DNA of 64,000 nucleotides from Patescibacteria group bacterium (GTDB lineage Bacteria > Patescibacteriota > Patescibacteriia > Magasanikbacterales > GWA2-37-8): contig SCQK01000013.1 in assembly GCA_004321885.1 (NCBI GenBank), forward strand, positions 111,929 to 175,928, in the 5' to 3' direction. The translations under genes and the position numbers were made by a program. Positions within the stretch are counted from its first letter, which is position 1. Each line of letters starts with the position of its first letter. Below, in pieces: positions 43,642 through 53,247 of the stretch. Under the pieces are notes generated by a model that did no database searches, was not told where the DNA came from, and saw only the letters and a program-made list of their open reading frames with translations.

Positions 43642-45078
43642 TTAGGTTAATTTGTTTCCTACTTGTAAAACAGCTTCTTCGCCCAGGCGCGGGCCGATAA
43701 TCTGCGCGCCGATGGGCAGGCCTTTTTTATTGTTCCCTACCGGCACCGACAGCGCGGGCATGCCAGCCACAGCCGCCGGGGCAACCATCACGTCGGCCAT
43801 GTACATGGCCAGCGGGTCATCGGCCTTTTCGCCGAGGCCGAAGGCCGGAAACGGCGAGGTGGGCGTGAGCAGGACGTCAACATCTTTGAAAACATTTTCA
43901 AAATCATTTTTTATCAGCGTGCGCACTTTTTGCGCTTTCTTGTAATAGGCGTCATAGTAGCCGGCCGACAGGGCGTAGGTGCCGATGAGTATGCGGCGCT
44001 TCACTTCTTCGGGAAAGCCCTGCGCGCGCGATTTGGCGTAAAGGTCATATAAATTTTTCGCGTCGGCGCGTACGCCATAACGCACGCCGTCCAGCCGCCC
44101 CAGATTGGAGCTATCCTCACTGGGCACGATAATATAGTAGACGGCGATGGCATACTTGGTAAAAGGCAAACTGACTTTTTTTATCTCGCACCCGGCCTCT
44201 TTTAATTTTTCCGCTTGCGCCAAAATAATTTCCCGCGTTTCTTTGTCCATTCCCTCCACATCCAAATATTCTTTAGGCAAACCCACTGTCAGGCCTTTGA
44301 CGCTTTTGCTTATCGCCTTCGTGTATTTGGGAACTTTGTCGGCCACGGTCGTGGCGTCCAGCTTATCTTGTCCGGCCATTATTTCCATCAGCAGAGCGAC
44401 GTCTTCTGCGGTCTTGGCCAGGGGGCCGACGGTATCAAGCGAGGAGGCCATTGGCATGATGCCAAAGCGTGAATTACGGCCATAACTGGGGCGCAGACCA
44501 ACGATACCGCAGAAAGCGGCTGGCTGGCGGATAGAGCCGCCTGTGTCTTCGGCAATGGCGTAAATACACATGTTATCGGCCACCGCCGCGGCCGAGCCCC
44601 CCGATGAACCGCCCGCCACTTTGCCGGTGTCGCGCGGATTGCGCACCGGGCCGTACATGCTATTTTCATTACTGGCGCCGTGGCCGAAAGTGTCGCAATT
44701 ATTTTTTCCCACAAGCACTCCGCCTTGCTGACGGATTTTTCTAATTACCGTGGCGTCAAACGGCGGAGTGTAGTTGTCCAAAATTTTTGCCGCGCCGGTG
44801 GAACGGATGCCGGCCGTGCAAATGGCGTCTTTGACCGCGAAAGGAACCCCCGTGAGGACATCACCTTTACCGGACGCCAGTATTTTATCCGCCGCCTTGG
44901 CCTCGGCCAAAGCCGAATCTTCGCAGACAGTAATAAAAGCGTTTATTTCTTTGTTGCGTTTTTTTATTCTATCCAAACAAACCCTGGTAATTTCCACGGA
45001 GGTAAATTCTTTTTTCTTCAGTCCCTCGGCCGCTTGTTTAATTGTCAGTTCGTTTAATTCCATACTACTCTTCGCCAT
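43642..45078 (-). CDS. gatA: Asp/Glu-tRNA amidotransferase subunit A
   Basis: Amidase signature GGSSGGSAAAVA and the Ser-cisSer-Lys triad context. 478 aa. Confidence 0.92.
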   Translation of the reverse strand: MAKSSMELNELTIKQAAEGLKKKEFTSVEITRVCLDRIKKRNKEINAFITVCEDSALAEAKAADKILASGKGDVLTGVPFAVKDAICTAGIRSTGAAKILDNYTPPFDATVIRKIRQQGGVLVGKNNCDTFGHGASNENSMYGPVRNPRDTGKVAGGSSGGSAAAVADNMCIYAIAEDTGGSIRQPAAFCGIVGLRPSYGRNSRFGIMPMASSLDTVGPLAKTAEDVALLMEIMAGQDKLDATTVADKVPKYTKAISKSVKGLTVGLPKEYLDVEGMDKETREIILAQAEKLKEAGCEIKKVSLPFTKYAIAVYYIIVPSEDSSNLGRLDGVRYGVRADAKNLYDLYAKSRAQGFPEEVKRRILIGTYALSAGYYDAYYKKAQKVRTLIKNDFENVFKDVDVLLTPTSPFPAFGLGEKADDPLAMYMADVMVAPAAVAGMPALSVPVGNNKKGLPIGAQIIGPRLGEEAVLQVGNKLT

Positions 45079-45373
45079 TAAAAACTCCGGGGACGACCAG
45101 CTCGTTGTCTGATACTTTCGGCATCTGGGTCAGTAATTCTTTTTTCGTGGCGCAATCACGCGGCGCGTCTTCGCGAGTCACGTCGGACAAACCGGTAACC
45201 TGTGAGGTCGGCTCAATATTTTCCGTATCCACTTCGTTCAAAATCTTCATGTAATCCAAAACCGCCGAAATCGTTTCGGCGTGGCGTTTTTCTTCCGCCG
45301 GAGTGAGTTCTATCCGCGCCAGTTTAGCGATATTTTTTACTTCTTCAATGGTGAGCATAGTGTTTTTTTGCAA
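45065..45373 (-). CDS. gatC: Asp/Glu-tRNA amidotransferase subunit C
   Basis: ~100 aa, MLTIEEVKNIAKLARIELTPAEEKRHAETISAVLDYMKILNEVDT. Overlaps the gatA start. Confidence 0.85.
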   Translation of the reverse strand: MQKNTMLTIEEVKNIAKLARIELTPAEEKRHAETISAVLDYMKILNEVDTENIEPTSQVTGLSDVTREDAPRDCATKKELLTQMPKVSDNELVVPGVFNGEE

Positions 45374-45544
45374 CAGTAATATTTCTACAATTTTTCAAAC
45401 ATTGTGGAAAATATTAAGCCGGACAGAGATTCCTCGGCTTCGCCTCGGAATAACAATCTACTGGATTCCGGCTCGTGGGCCGGAATGACAGCTGGGCTCC
45501 ACAGCCCCGACTGAGTCGGGGACTATGGAGCCAGCAATTGACAA

Positions 45545-46918
45545 TTACCAGCCAAACGTTTTTGCCACATCATCAAGCGTTTCTCGCCGGCGGATAATTT
45601 TTATTTCCCCGTTCTGCGCCAAAAGTTTGACCGGCGAAGAAAGCAGGCAATGGTGCGAAGCCAAGGCGTCTTGATACGCGCCGGTGTCAAAAATCGCCAG
45701 ATACAAGCTGTCGTCTTTTTCCAAATCATCCAAACGCGGCAAAGAAATGTAGCTCCCCTGCCCAGTGTATTTATCGTCGGCGTCGCAAGTCATGCCGGCC
45801 AGCCAGCTCTGGGTTTTATTTTTGCTGTTCAGATAATTCACCGGCACCACATGCCACTTTTGGTGCAAGGCCCAGGTGTCAAGCAAATCGTTCATGAAAC
45901 TGCCATCCACCACGTACCACTTGCGATTCTTGCCCTGCTGGATGTCTTTTTCGCACAATACTTTGTAAATCGTCACCTGGGCCGGCGACACCACATAGCG
46001 CCCCCACTCGCAAACGATATTGGGCGGCGCGATTTGATTTTTCTCACAAAACTCCTTCAAAAATTTTATCAGGTTTTCTATCAAGCTGTCTATACTGTAG
46101 CGGAATTTGCGGTCGTAGGGAATGGGCATGCCGCCGCCGATGTCAAGCGTGTCCAGCGAGGGATTTATCTGCTTTAATTTCAAATACACTTCCATGGCTT
46201 TGCGCACGGGCCGCAAAATATCCTTAAGCAATTCTATCTGCGAGCCGATATGGTAATGCAAGATTTTTAGGTTCTTAATTTTCCCCAAACGGCTGATTTC
46301 TTTTTCCGTCAATCCATACCTGTCCACCTTGTGATTCCAGTGCGAACTCACCTTCACGTCCACGGACAAGCGGATGCCCACATTGCCGCGATACGATTTC
46401 AGATACGCCAGCTCGTTCAAATCCTCTATTATCGGAATGATGTCCAAATTTTTCGTTTTCAGCTCGCCGATGAGGTCTAAATATTCTTTGGTCTTTGGCC
46501 CGTTGCAAATCACTTTAATTTTATTGTTCAAACTGCCGGTGCTCCACATTTTTTTCACCAGCTTCAGCTCGTTGGCCGAGCCGGTCTCCAGATTGGCGCC
46601 TTCGGTTACCAGTGGCAAAATAAATTCTTTGTTCTGGTTCACCTTCATCGGGTAGTGATAAAAAAACTTGGCCGGATAGCGGTAAATCTTGACGTAGGAA
46701 TTAAACAAATCAATCAGCTCATCCACGCGCTCTTCCAAAATGAACGGAAAAACTATCTCCAGAGGCGTGCCATATTTTTTCACGATGTTCATCAGGTCAT
46801 ACTGGTAATTGCCTTCTTTGGCCACCAGATGATTAGCGCTGTTAATATCAAAATACTGGGTGTTGAAATTCTTCACTCCCAGCTTCCAATATTTGCGCAG
46901 GTTTTGCAGTTTTGGCAT
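45545..46918 (-). CDS. speA: biosynthetic arginine decarboxylase (SpeA-like, PLP fold-type III); start at MPKLQN
   Basis: LRKYWKLGVKNFNTQYFDIN matches the SpeA N-terminal region, and TGAYQDALASHHCLL is a C-terminal SpeA motif. The ATG lies 2 nt after the CCA of tRNA-Glu, and the ORF-track N-terminal extension overlaps that tRNA. Confidence 0.75.
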   Translation of the reverse strand: MPKLQNLRKYWKLGVKNFNTQYFDINSANHLVAKEGNYQYDLMNIVKKYGTPLEIVFPFILEERVDELIDLFNSYVKIYRYPAKFFYHYPMKVNQNKEFILPLVTEGANLETGSANELKLVKKMWSTGSLNNKIKVICNGPKTKEYLDLIGELKTKNLDIIPIIEDLNELAYLKSYRGNVGIRLSVDVKVSSHWNHKVDRYGLTEKEISRLGKIKNLKILHYHIGSQIELLKDILRPVRKAMEVYLKLKQINPSLDTLDIGGGMPIPYDRKFRYSIDSLIENLIKFLKEFCEKNQIAPPNIVCEWGRYVVSPAQVTIYKVLCEKDIQQGKNRKWYVVDGSFMNDLLDTWALHQKWHVVPVNYLNSKNKTQSWLAGMTCDADDKYTGQGSYISLPRLDDLEKDDSLYLAIFDTGAYQDALASHHCLLSSPVKLLAQNGEIKIIRRRETLDDVAKTFGW

Positions 46919-46920
46919 AT

Positions 46921-46995
46921 TGGTAGCCCGTACGGGAATCGCACCCGTCTTTTCGCCGTGAGAGGGCGATGTCCTAGCTGATAGACGAACGGGCC
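46921..46995 (-). tRNA. tRNA-Glu (anticodon CUC, CCA encoded)
   Basis: GGCCCGT-TC-GTC-TATCAGCTAG-GAC-A-TCGCC-CTCTCAC-GGCGA-AAAG-ACGGG-TGCGATT-CCCGT-ACGGGCT-A-CCA. Confidence 0.8.
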
Positions 46996-47080
46996 ATCGT
47001 TCGCGCCCGTTCCGAAACGAACGCGCCATTTTTAGCGAAAATATTGTACCAACAAAAAACGTAAAAGTCAATTTGAATGG

Positions 47081-49249
47081 CTATTTTTTCATCAATTTCT
47101 CAATCACCTCCACGTCATTATTTTTCGCGAACGCTCCGTAAATCGCTTTCAATTCCTTTTGATTAAACCCGTAACCCAATTCAAGCGCTTGCTTGGCCGA
47201 GCCGTACGCTTTATCCAAATCATTCTTGTTTAGATAAATCAACGCCAGCATCCAGTGCGATTCGGCAATGCCCGGCGCCAAGTCAATGGCTTCCTGCGCC
47301 AGCTTGATCGCCTCGTCATTCTTGCCTTGCAACATCTTGGCGCGCGCCAAACCCCAGATAATTGTTTGCCGGCGCGGACTGTAGGGCAGAATTTTTTTAT
47401 ACTGCTCCACGGCCGCTTCCAAGTAACCGGGGTTTAGCCAAAAATCATAACCGTCTTGATAGGCCCTGGCCAAAATCGCGCCGGCGCGCGCGTCGGCCGG
47501 ATATTTTTCCAAATAAAATTTCATGGCGCCCTCTCCCACCGAATACATATCCGCGGCCAATTTTCGGTAATCGGAAAAAGCAAAATCCGGGTGCTGGGCC
47601 AGCCATACCAAGAAAAATTGTCCGAATTCAAAAGAGATGTCGTAGGCGTACGGATTTGGTTTTATTTTTATCGCCTCTTTGTGCAGTTTGATGGCCGAGC
47701 CGAAGTCGGTCATCGCTTTTCTGATGGCCAGGGCCGAAATATGGTCGGCCTTGGCCGGAATAATGGAAAAGCGGTTGATGAGAATGAAGGCGGCGAAAAA
47801 AATAAGCAAGATGGCGAGGAGGCGTGTCATTGCGAGAAGCCCCGACGTAACGTCGGGGCGACGCGGCAATCTCTCATTTGCCTGGGATTGCTTCGGCCTT
47901 TCACGCCTCGCAATGACATCCACCCCGGCCAAAAGATAGAAAAAAAATAAATACGATGACTCGTTTTCAAAAACAAACAAATTTTGAACCAGGTGCGCGG
48001 TAAAAAAAGCGCCCAGGCCAATGGCTAAAATCCAATCACGATTATCTGGATTCCGAGCCCGAAGGGCTCCATTCCCACTTGCGCGGGAATGACATATTTT
48101 TTTGAAAAGGCAATAATAAACGCACGAATATATCGCGAGATAGGCAAGCAAACCCAGGATGCCTGTCGTGGCCAACGTGTTAAACAGAATATTATGCGCG
48201 TTGTCGGTCCACTCCTGGGCTTTGTCGTATTTCAAAAACTCGGGCTGATAATGCCTGTTGGCCAAATCGTAAAAATTTTCCCAGCCCCAGCCCAGCCACT
48301 TTTTTTCTTGCCAGCCGATGACCGCTGTTTTCCAAAACAACAAACGGGTGCCGCCGTTGGAAAATTCCAGCGGCTGGGCAAAACGCCCGAGCACGGGCCA
48401 GTTTTTCGCCCCTTCTATTTTTACCAAGGCCAGTAATATGAGCGGCGCCGAGAGCAAAATAATTAGTGAGGAAAGCCAAATTTTGCGCGTTTTCTGCCGG
48501 TAAATTTTGGAAATCGCGAGCGCGAACGCGATAAAAATCAGGCCGGCCCACAGGCCGATGATGTCGCCGCGGGTTTGGGTGGCAAAGAGAGCGATGAGGC
48601 TGGCGAGAGCCGAAAAGAGCCAGAACCACCACACCAAATTCTTTGGTGTGGTGGCATGCCCGCCATCATCCTGGCGCTCTTGACACGCAAAAATTAACGC
48701 CGAAAAAAATAAAAAAAGACAGAACCCGGCGACGTAAATGGGATTGCCGAGCGTGGCAGACATTCTCGCGGAGCCGATATTAAACAAAAACCGCGGGGAA
48801 AAAATTTGATAGACGGCTATCAACGCCACTGGCAAACCAAGAGCCGTGAAAATTTTCCACAGCTTGTACCACTCGTCTTTATTCAAAACCGAGCGCCACA
48901 CCAAAAAAAGCGCGCCATAATGCAACATGGTAAAAACGCCCTGCATGCGCTCGGCCCGGCTCCAAAAACTGCGCCAAAAATCCACGCCGGCCCAGGCCGA
49001 CGCGAGCATGGCCGCGTAAAAAAGGAAAACACTGAAAGACAGCCAGCTAAAACGCGGCCGGTTTTCTCTAAAATGAAACATCAGCAAAATCAAATACAAA
49101 GCGAGAATTACAGCCGCGCCGACTTGCACCCACATTGCTTTGCCAAACACAAAAGGAAAGGTGGAATTGGGAAAAACGACCAGAGGAACAAGAAATAAAA
49201 TCGCGGTGAAAAAAATTATCGCGTTTTTAAGGGAAAAATATTTAAGCAT
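47081..49249 (-). CDS. O-antigen-ligase (Wzy_C/RfaL)-domain membrane protein with C-terminal TPR repeats; three in-frame repeat-element insertions
   Basis: About 12 TM helices, the O-antigen-ligase loop motif (WENFYDLANRHY...AHNILFNTLATTG), and C-terminal TPRs. Palindromic elements at 47827-47920, 48040-48092 and 48627-48665 are read through in frame. Confidence 0.7.
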   Translation of the reverse strand: MLKYFSLKNAIIFFTAILFLVPLVVFPNSTFPFVFGKAMWVQVGAAVILALYLILLMFHFRENRPRFSWLSFSVFLFYAAMLASAWAGVDFWRSFWSRAERMQGVFTMLHYGALFLVWRSVLNKDEWYKLWKIFTALGLPVALIAVYQIFSPRFLFNIGSARMSATLGNPIYVAGFCLFLFFSALIFACQERQDDGGHATTPKNLVWWFWLFSALASLIALFATQTRGDIIGLWAGLIFIAFALAISKIYRQKTRKIWLSSLIILLSAPLILLALVKIEGAKNWPVLGRFAQPLEFSNGGTRLLFWKTAVIGWQEKKWLGWGWENFYDLANRHYQPEFLKYDKAQEWTDNAHNILFNTLATTGILGLLAYLAIYSCVYYCLFKKICHSRASGNGALRARNPDNRDWILAIGLGAFFTAHLVQNLFVFENESSYLFFFYLLAGVDVIARRERPKQSQANERLPRRPDVTSGLLAMTRLLAILLIFFAAFILINRFSIIPAKADHISALAIRKAMTDFGSAIKLHKEAIKIKPNPYAYDISFEFGQFFLVWLAQHPDFAFSDYRKLAADMYSVGEGAMKFYLEKYPADARAGAILARAYQDGYDFWLNPGYLEAAVEQYKKILPYSPRRQTIIWGLARAKMLQGKNDEAIKLAQEAIDLAPGIAESHWMLALIYLNKNDLDKAYGSAKQALELGYGFNQKELKAIYGAFAKNNDVEVIEKLMKK
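47827..47920. repeat. composite nested palindrome, paralogue of the 5925-6010 element, inside the ligase ORF
   Basis: cattgcgagaagccccgacgtaacgtcggggcgacgcggcaatctc...gggattgcttcggcc...cgcctcgcaatgacat. Confidence 0.8.
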
Positions 49250-49375
49250 GAAGACATTTTACAATAAAAAATCTATAAAAACAACCCCCCACCATAAGGG
49301 TGGGGGGTTAAGCCCCGCAGGGCTTCTATCAAACTAACTTCCTGGATTCCGGATCAAGTCCGGAATGACAAGTTA

Positions 49376-52300
49376 TTAGTATTGGTAGGTCTTGCCGTAT
49401 AACGGTACACCGGTCACAGGCGTGGCATTGCCAACTCCGTCATTCCACCTAAAGTTGACCAATTGGAAGGTCACTTTTTCGGTGTTGTTGGCGGAATCAG
49501 AGAAGTCGGTGTCGGTTGTATCAACAACCATGTACACCTGCTTCGTGCCGCTCCACTCATTTTGAGCGGTCAGGGAAACGCTGACAGCAGTGGTGGCCGC
49601 GGTGTCCACACCGGTAATTGTGGCTGTACCCATCAGGTGGGCCGCGTCAAAAGTGCTGCCATTGTACACGTTCAATGTGACAGAGTGGTCGCCGGCCGAG
49701 CTGGCGATGAGGTTGCCAGAGAGGCTCACGGTCAAGGAGTTCAGGGTGGAGTTCTGGGCAGAGCTCGGTTCAGCCGTAGAGGTGAACGTGAACACGCCAA
49801 TCGCATCCTGGGCCTTGGTGGTGTGAGTAACTCCGCCGGCATCGCTTTCAGCCGCGGTTACCTTGGTCTTTCTCACTGTCTGGGCCGTTACATTGGTGTT
49901 GTCCAACAGCACATCATCGGTGGCGCCGTATTTCTTGGCATTGGATGCCTCGCCGAGAACAATGAAGCCGTTGGTCAATTCCTTGTCAGCGACAGTGCCG
50001 CCGGTGGACCACTGCACGGTGGTGGAGGTTTTCTTCAAACCAATCTTCACCGCGTCGCCGGAAGTGGCGCCGTTGGCAACAGTGTTGATGTACGAACCAA
50101 CGGTCAGGAGCGCGCTTTTGTCTTTCTCAATATACATATCCAAAGCGCCGTCGCTGAAGGTCAGGTCGCCATCGCTGTTGAAGTAGCCTTCTTTGGTGAC
50201 GGTGGTGCCGGCCTTGTTCTTGTAGGTCAAGGTGACTTTATCCACGTCAGCCTTGTTGTTGGTGGTCAGGACCGCGCCAACCAAAGTAAAGGCCTCTTGA
50301 GAGCTGGTGAGCTTGTAGGTGGTGAAGCTAACCGGAGCCGAGGAGCCCGTCACAGAAATGTCTGCTAAGGGCGTGGTGCCATCCACAGCCACAGTAACGC
50401 TGCCGCCAGTGGTAACGGTGAGAGAAATAAGCGAGGAAGCGTTGATGTTGGAAGTGGTGTTCTCGGTTACCGCTCGGCCGTCGGCCTGGGTTTCCACGTC
50501 CATGTCATCGTCCGGGTCAATGCCCACGGCCACATAGCGGGTGGCAGTCATGCTGTCTTTCAGGCCAAGCACAGCCACCAATTTCTTGGAGTCGCCGGCC
50601 GCGACAGAATAATTGAGCGATGAGTACTGGACGTAGTAATAGCCGCCCGAACCAATGGTGCCCGACAAATCGGACAAATTCTTGGTGACGAGCGGGGTGC
50701 TGGCGCCGTCTTCATACAAGGCTACCGTGTTCACTGTGGTGTTGGCCGCTGTGTCGCCGGCTTCGGAAGCGCTAATGGAACCAAAAGCCGTGGTAGAGGC
50801 GTACACGCGCAGTTTCAAGCTGGTAATCTTGATGGCATCGGACGTGCCGGCCGTGATGAGCATACCCAAAGCGTTCTGGGTAGAGCCCTTTACAACCGTG
50901 GCCGAAGCCGGAGGAGTGGCGCGGGAAACCGTGATTTGCGCTCCGCTGATGGTCATCTGGTTGCCGGTCAGGGTGTTGGGCACGATGGCTGTCGCGGCAA
51001 CATACTGCGAGTTGTCATCGTACTTCACGGTGCTGGCCACGCTGTGGTCAACCTTGCTGTAAACCTTCATGCTGGTGGGAGCATTGGTATCAATGTCCAC
51101 GACCACGGCAAAATGCCTGGTCTTGCCAGCGGCGATGCTGTAGGCATCGGTGAAGGTCTTGAAATACGAATTGCCGTCAGCCGTACCATTGGTGCCGATA
51201 GCGGCTTCCGGACCGACCACGGTGGCATTGCTGTTGTCCAGGTCCACGATCTTCACGTTCTTTACATAGTTGTAAAGAGTGGCGGAAGAAGTGGCGTTGC
51301 CGGCCGCGTCAATCACGTAAATATACAGCTTGGTGCTCTTGATGGTAACGGCGTTGGTGGCGCTAAAGGAATACTTCTGGATGACAACATTGGTAACATT
51401 CTTGCCGATGTTTCCAGACGCCGGGCCGTTGTTGGCCAAGGTCAAGTCGCCGCCAGTAACAGTGTAAGTCTGGTCGCCCGAAGCCCAGTTGTCGGTAAGC
51501 GTGACGCCATAACCAAATTGAGCGTCAAGAATGCCCACATCGCTAAGCTCATCGGTGTAGAACTTTACAGTGTCATCCACGCGGCCGCCGGTGTTGTCGG
51601 CGTAAACCGTGAAGGTCTTGGTATCGCCCTTGGTAATGACAAGCGGGGTGGCCAAAGTGAACACTACCTTATCGTTAGTCATGGCCGCGACCGTAGCCAC
51701 GTCCGTGCTGCCGATGGTGAGCTTCAAGTTGGTCAGATAGGTGTTGGTCAAAGAGCCGGCGTTGGTAAGCGTCAGGCTCTTTACCTTTACATCATAAGTG
51801 GCAGAGCCGGCATTGATGGTGCCGCGTCCCACTTCAACACCCGTGGCGCCCAAGCGGAAGGTGCCGGATGAGCCGGAATTGTCAACGGTAACGGCTGAAA
51901 CAGCCGCGCCGCCCACGCCCATTGTGTTGCCGGCCACGCCTGTTACGGCGCCGCCATTAACCTCTACGACTTCCAGTCCGTCTTGGTTGCCCGCGCTCGG
52001 AGAGGCGGTTTCCATGTCAACCACGGCGCTTAGTGTCTTGCTTTCGCCCGCGGCCAAAGCTAACTTCAAATTGCTAAAGATTACCTTGTTGGTATCAGAA
52101 GCAATGGTCTTGCCGGTGGTCAAACGGGTGGCGCCGTCATACAAATAGACAGCGAGCAGGTCATCATACGCGCCCACGCCGAATCGCTTTAACACGACAT
52201 CGGTCACAGTGGCCGCGGCCGAACCGGCCTTAACGTTAAACTTCAGGAACGTAACGCCGGTGGCCTTTTGCGGAACAGTGGCCGCGGCCGGAGTGTCTGC

Positions 52301-53140
52301 CGCCAAAGTGACGGAGAGGGTGCCGGTCGTCGGAGCCGGAGTGGAAATGTCTCCATCCTGCGTGCGGTTGGTGATGGTGGAAACCAGGGCCGTAATTTGG
52401 TCGCCGGTGGTTAAGCCATCGGTGTACGCGGCCGGAACAGAATGCACGAAAGTGGTTTTGAACCGATTGGCAGTCATGCCAGCGGCCGTCACTTCGCGCA
52501 ACTTGTTGCCGTCAACATACCAAGTCTTGCTGTCTTTGGAGATGAGCATGCCATCGTGAACCTTGCCGGCGATATCAGCGCCGCGATTCACGTAGCTCGG
52601 CCAAGAAGCGTCACCGACAGTCATCACTTTATAGCTCGCGCCATAAAGGGCTTTGGCATCGGTATCCGAAATCTTGGACAAGGTGTTGCTGGGCAGAACA
52701 ACATACAACTGGTCCGAAGACGGTCTTTTTACAACATAAGAACCGGCTCGGAAATTCACACTCAATGGTGCGACGGTTGGTAATAACAATGAATCAAAAC
52801 ACGCCATGGTTACGGAAATATAACCACCATACGTGTTGTTCACGTTCCAACTCTTGAACTCATCGCCAGTCGGGAAATACATTACTTTCTGGTCTTTATT
52901 GACAGCATAAATGGCTGGCTTGCCAGTAACTTTAATCATGTCGCCGGCCGCGAATGTCTGGGAGCAGGCCGCCGCGTTCGCGACGTCCGGCACCAGGGCG
53001 GCTACGCCCAGTGACCAAAGAATGGTAGTGACCACTACGCCGACAGTAAAGATTTTCTTTCCTAATTTATATACGTCGGACATAAATTTATTAATGATTG
53101 ATATTGTCTCGCCCGTTTTCGAACTACGGACGAGATACAA
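49376..53140 (-). CDS. giant (about 1250-aa) low-complexity T/S/A/G/V-rich cell-surface protein (adhesin or S-layer-like)
   Basis: N-terminal signal/TM (IFTVGVVVTTILWSLGVAALV; the start may be 53083). Very long beta-rich low-complexity body. The C-terminal ~330 aa are paralogous to the 56189..57475 protein, with shared ending ...YGKTYQY. Confidence 0.7.
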   Translation of the reverse strand: MYLVRSSKTGETISIINKFMSDVYKLGKKIFTVGVVVTTILWSLGVAALVPDVANAAACSQTFAAGDMIKVTGKPAIYAVNKDQKVMYFPTGDEFKSWNVNNTYGGYISVTMACFDSLLLPTVAPLSVNFRAGSYVVKRPSSDQLYVVLPSNTLSKISDTDAKALYGASYKVMTVGDASWPSYVNRGADIAGKVHDGMLISKDSKTWYVDGNKLREVTAAGMTANRFKTTFVHSVPAAYTDGLTTGDQITALVSTITNRTQDGDISTPAPTTGTLSVTLAADTPAAATVPQKATGVTFLKFNVKAGSAAATVTDVVLKRFGVGAYDDLLAVYLYDGATRLTTGKTIASDTNKVIFSNLKLALAAGESKTLSAVVDMETASPSAGNQDGLEVVEVNGGAVTGVAGNTMGVGGAAVSAVTVDNSGSSGTFRLGATGVEVGRGTINAGSATYDVKVKSLTLTNAGSLTNTYLTNLKLTIGSTDVATVAAMTNDKVVFTLATPLVITKGDTKTFTVYADNTGGRVDDTVKFYTDELSDVGILDAQFGYGVTLTDNWASGDQTYTVTGGDLTLANNGPASGNIGKNVTNVVIQKYSFSATNAVTIKSTKLYIYVIDAAGNATSSATLYNYVKNVKIVDLDNSNATVVGPEAAIGTNGTADGNSYFKTFTDAYSIAAGKTRHFAVVVDIDTNAPTSMKVYSKVDHSVASTVKYDDNSQYVAATAIVPNTLTGNQMTISGAQITVSRATPPASATVVKGSTQNALGMLITAGTSDAIKITSLKLRVYASTTAFGSISASEAGDTAANTTVNTVALYEDGASTPLVTKNLSDLSGTIGSGGYYYVQYSSLNYSVAAGDSKKLVAVLGLKDSMTATRYVAVGIDPDDDMDVETQADGRAVTENTTSNINASSLISLTVTTGGSVTVAVDGTTPLADISVTGSSAPVSFTTYKLTSSQEAFTLVGAVLTTNNKADVDKVTLTYKNKAGTTVTKEGYFNSDGDLTFSDGALDMYIEKDKSALLTVGSYINTVANGATSGDAVKIGLKKTSTTVQWSTGGTVADKELTNGFIVLGEASNAKKYGATDDVLLDNTNVTAQTVRKTKVTAAESDAGGVTHTTKAQDAIGVFTFTSTAEPSSAQNSTLNSLTVSLSGNLIASSAGDHSVTLNVYNGSTFDAAHLMGTATITGVDTAATTAVSVSLTAQNEWSGTKQVYMVVDTTDTDFSDSANNTEKVTFQLVNFRWNDGVGNATPVTGVPLYGKTYQY

Positions 53141-53247
53141 TGGCTAAGGCGAGTCCCTATGGACCCTCGACCTTTGCTCTAGCCGTGATTAATACTTTCT
53201 CCCTCCTGCGCTGATTCCGACGCTCGGAAGCAACGCAGGGCGGAAAA

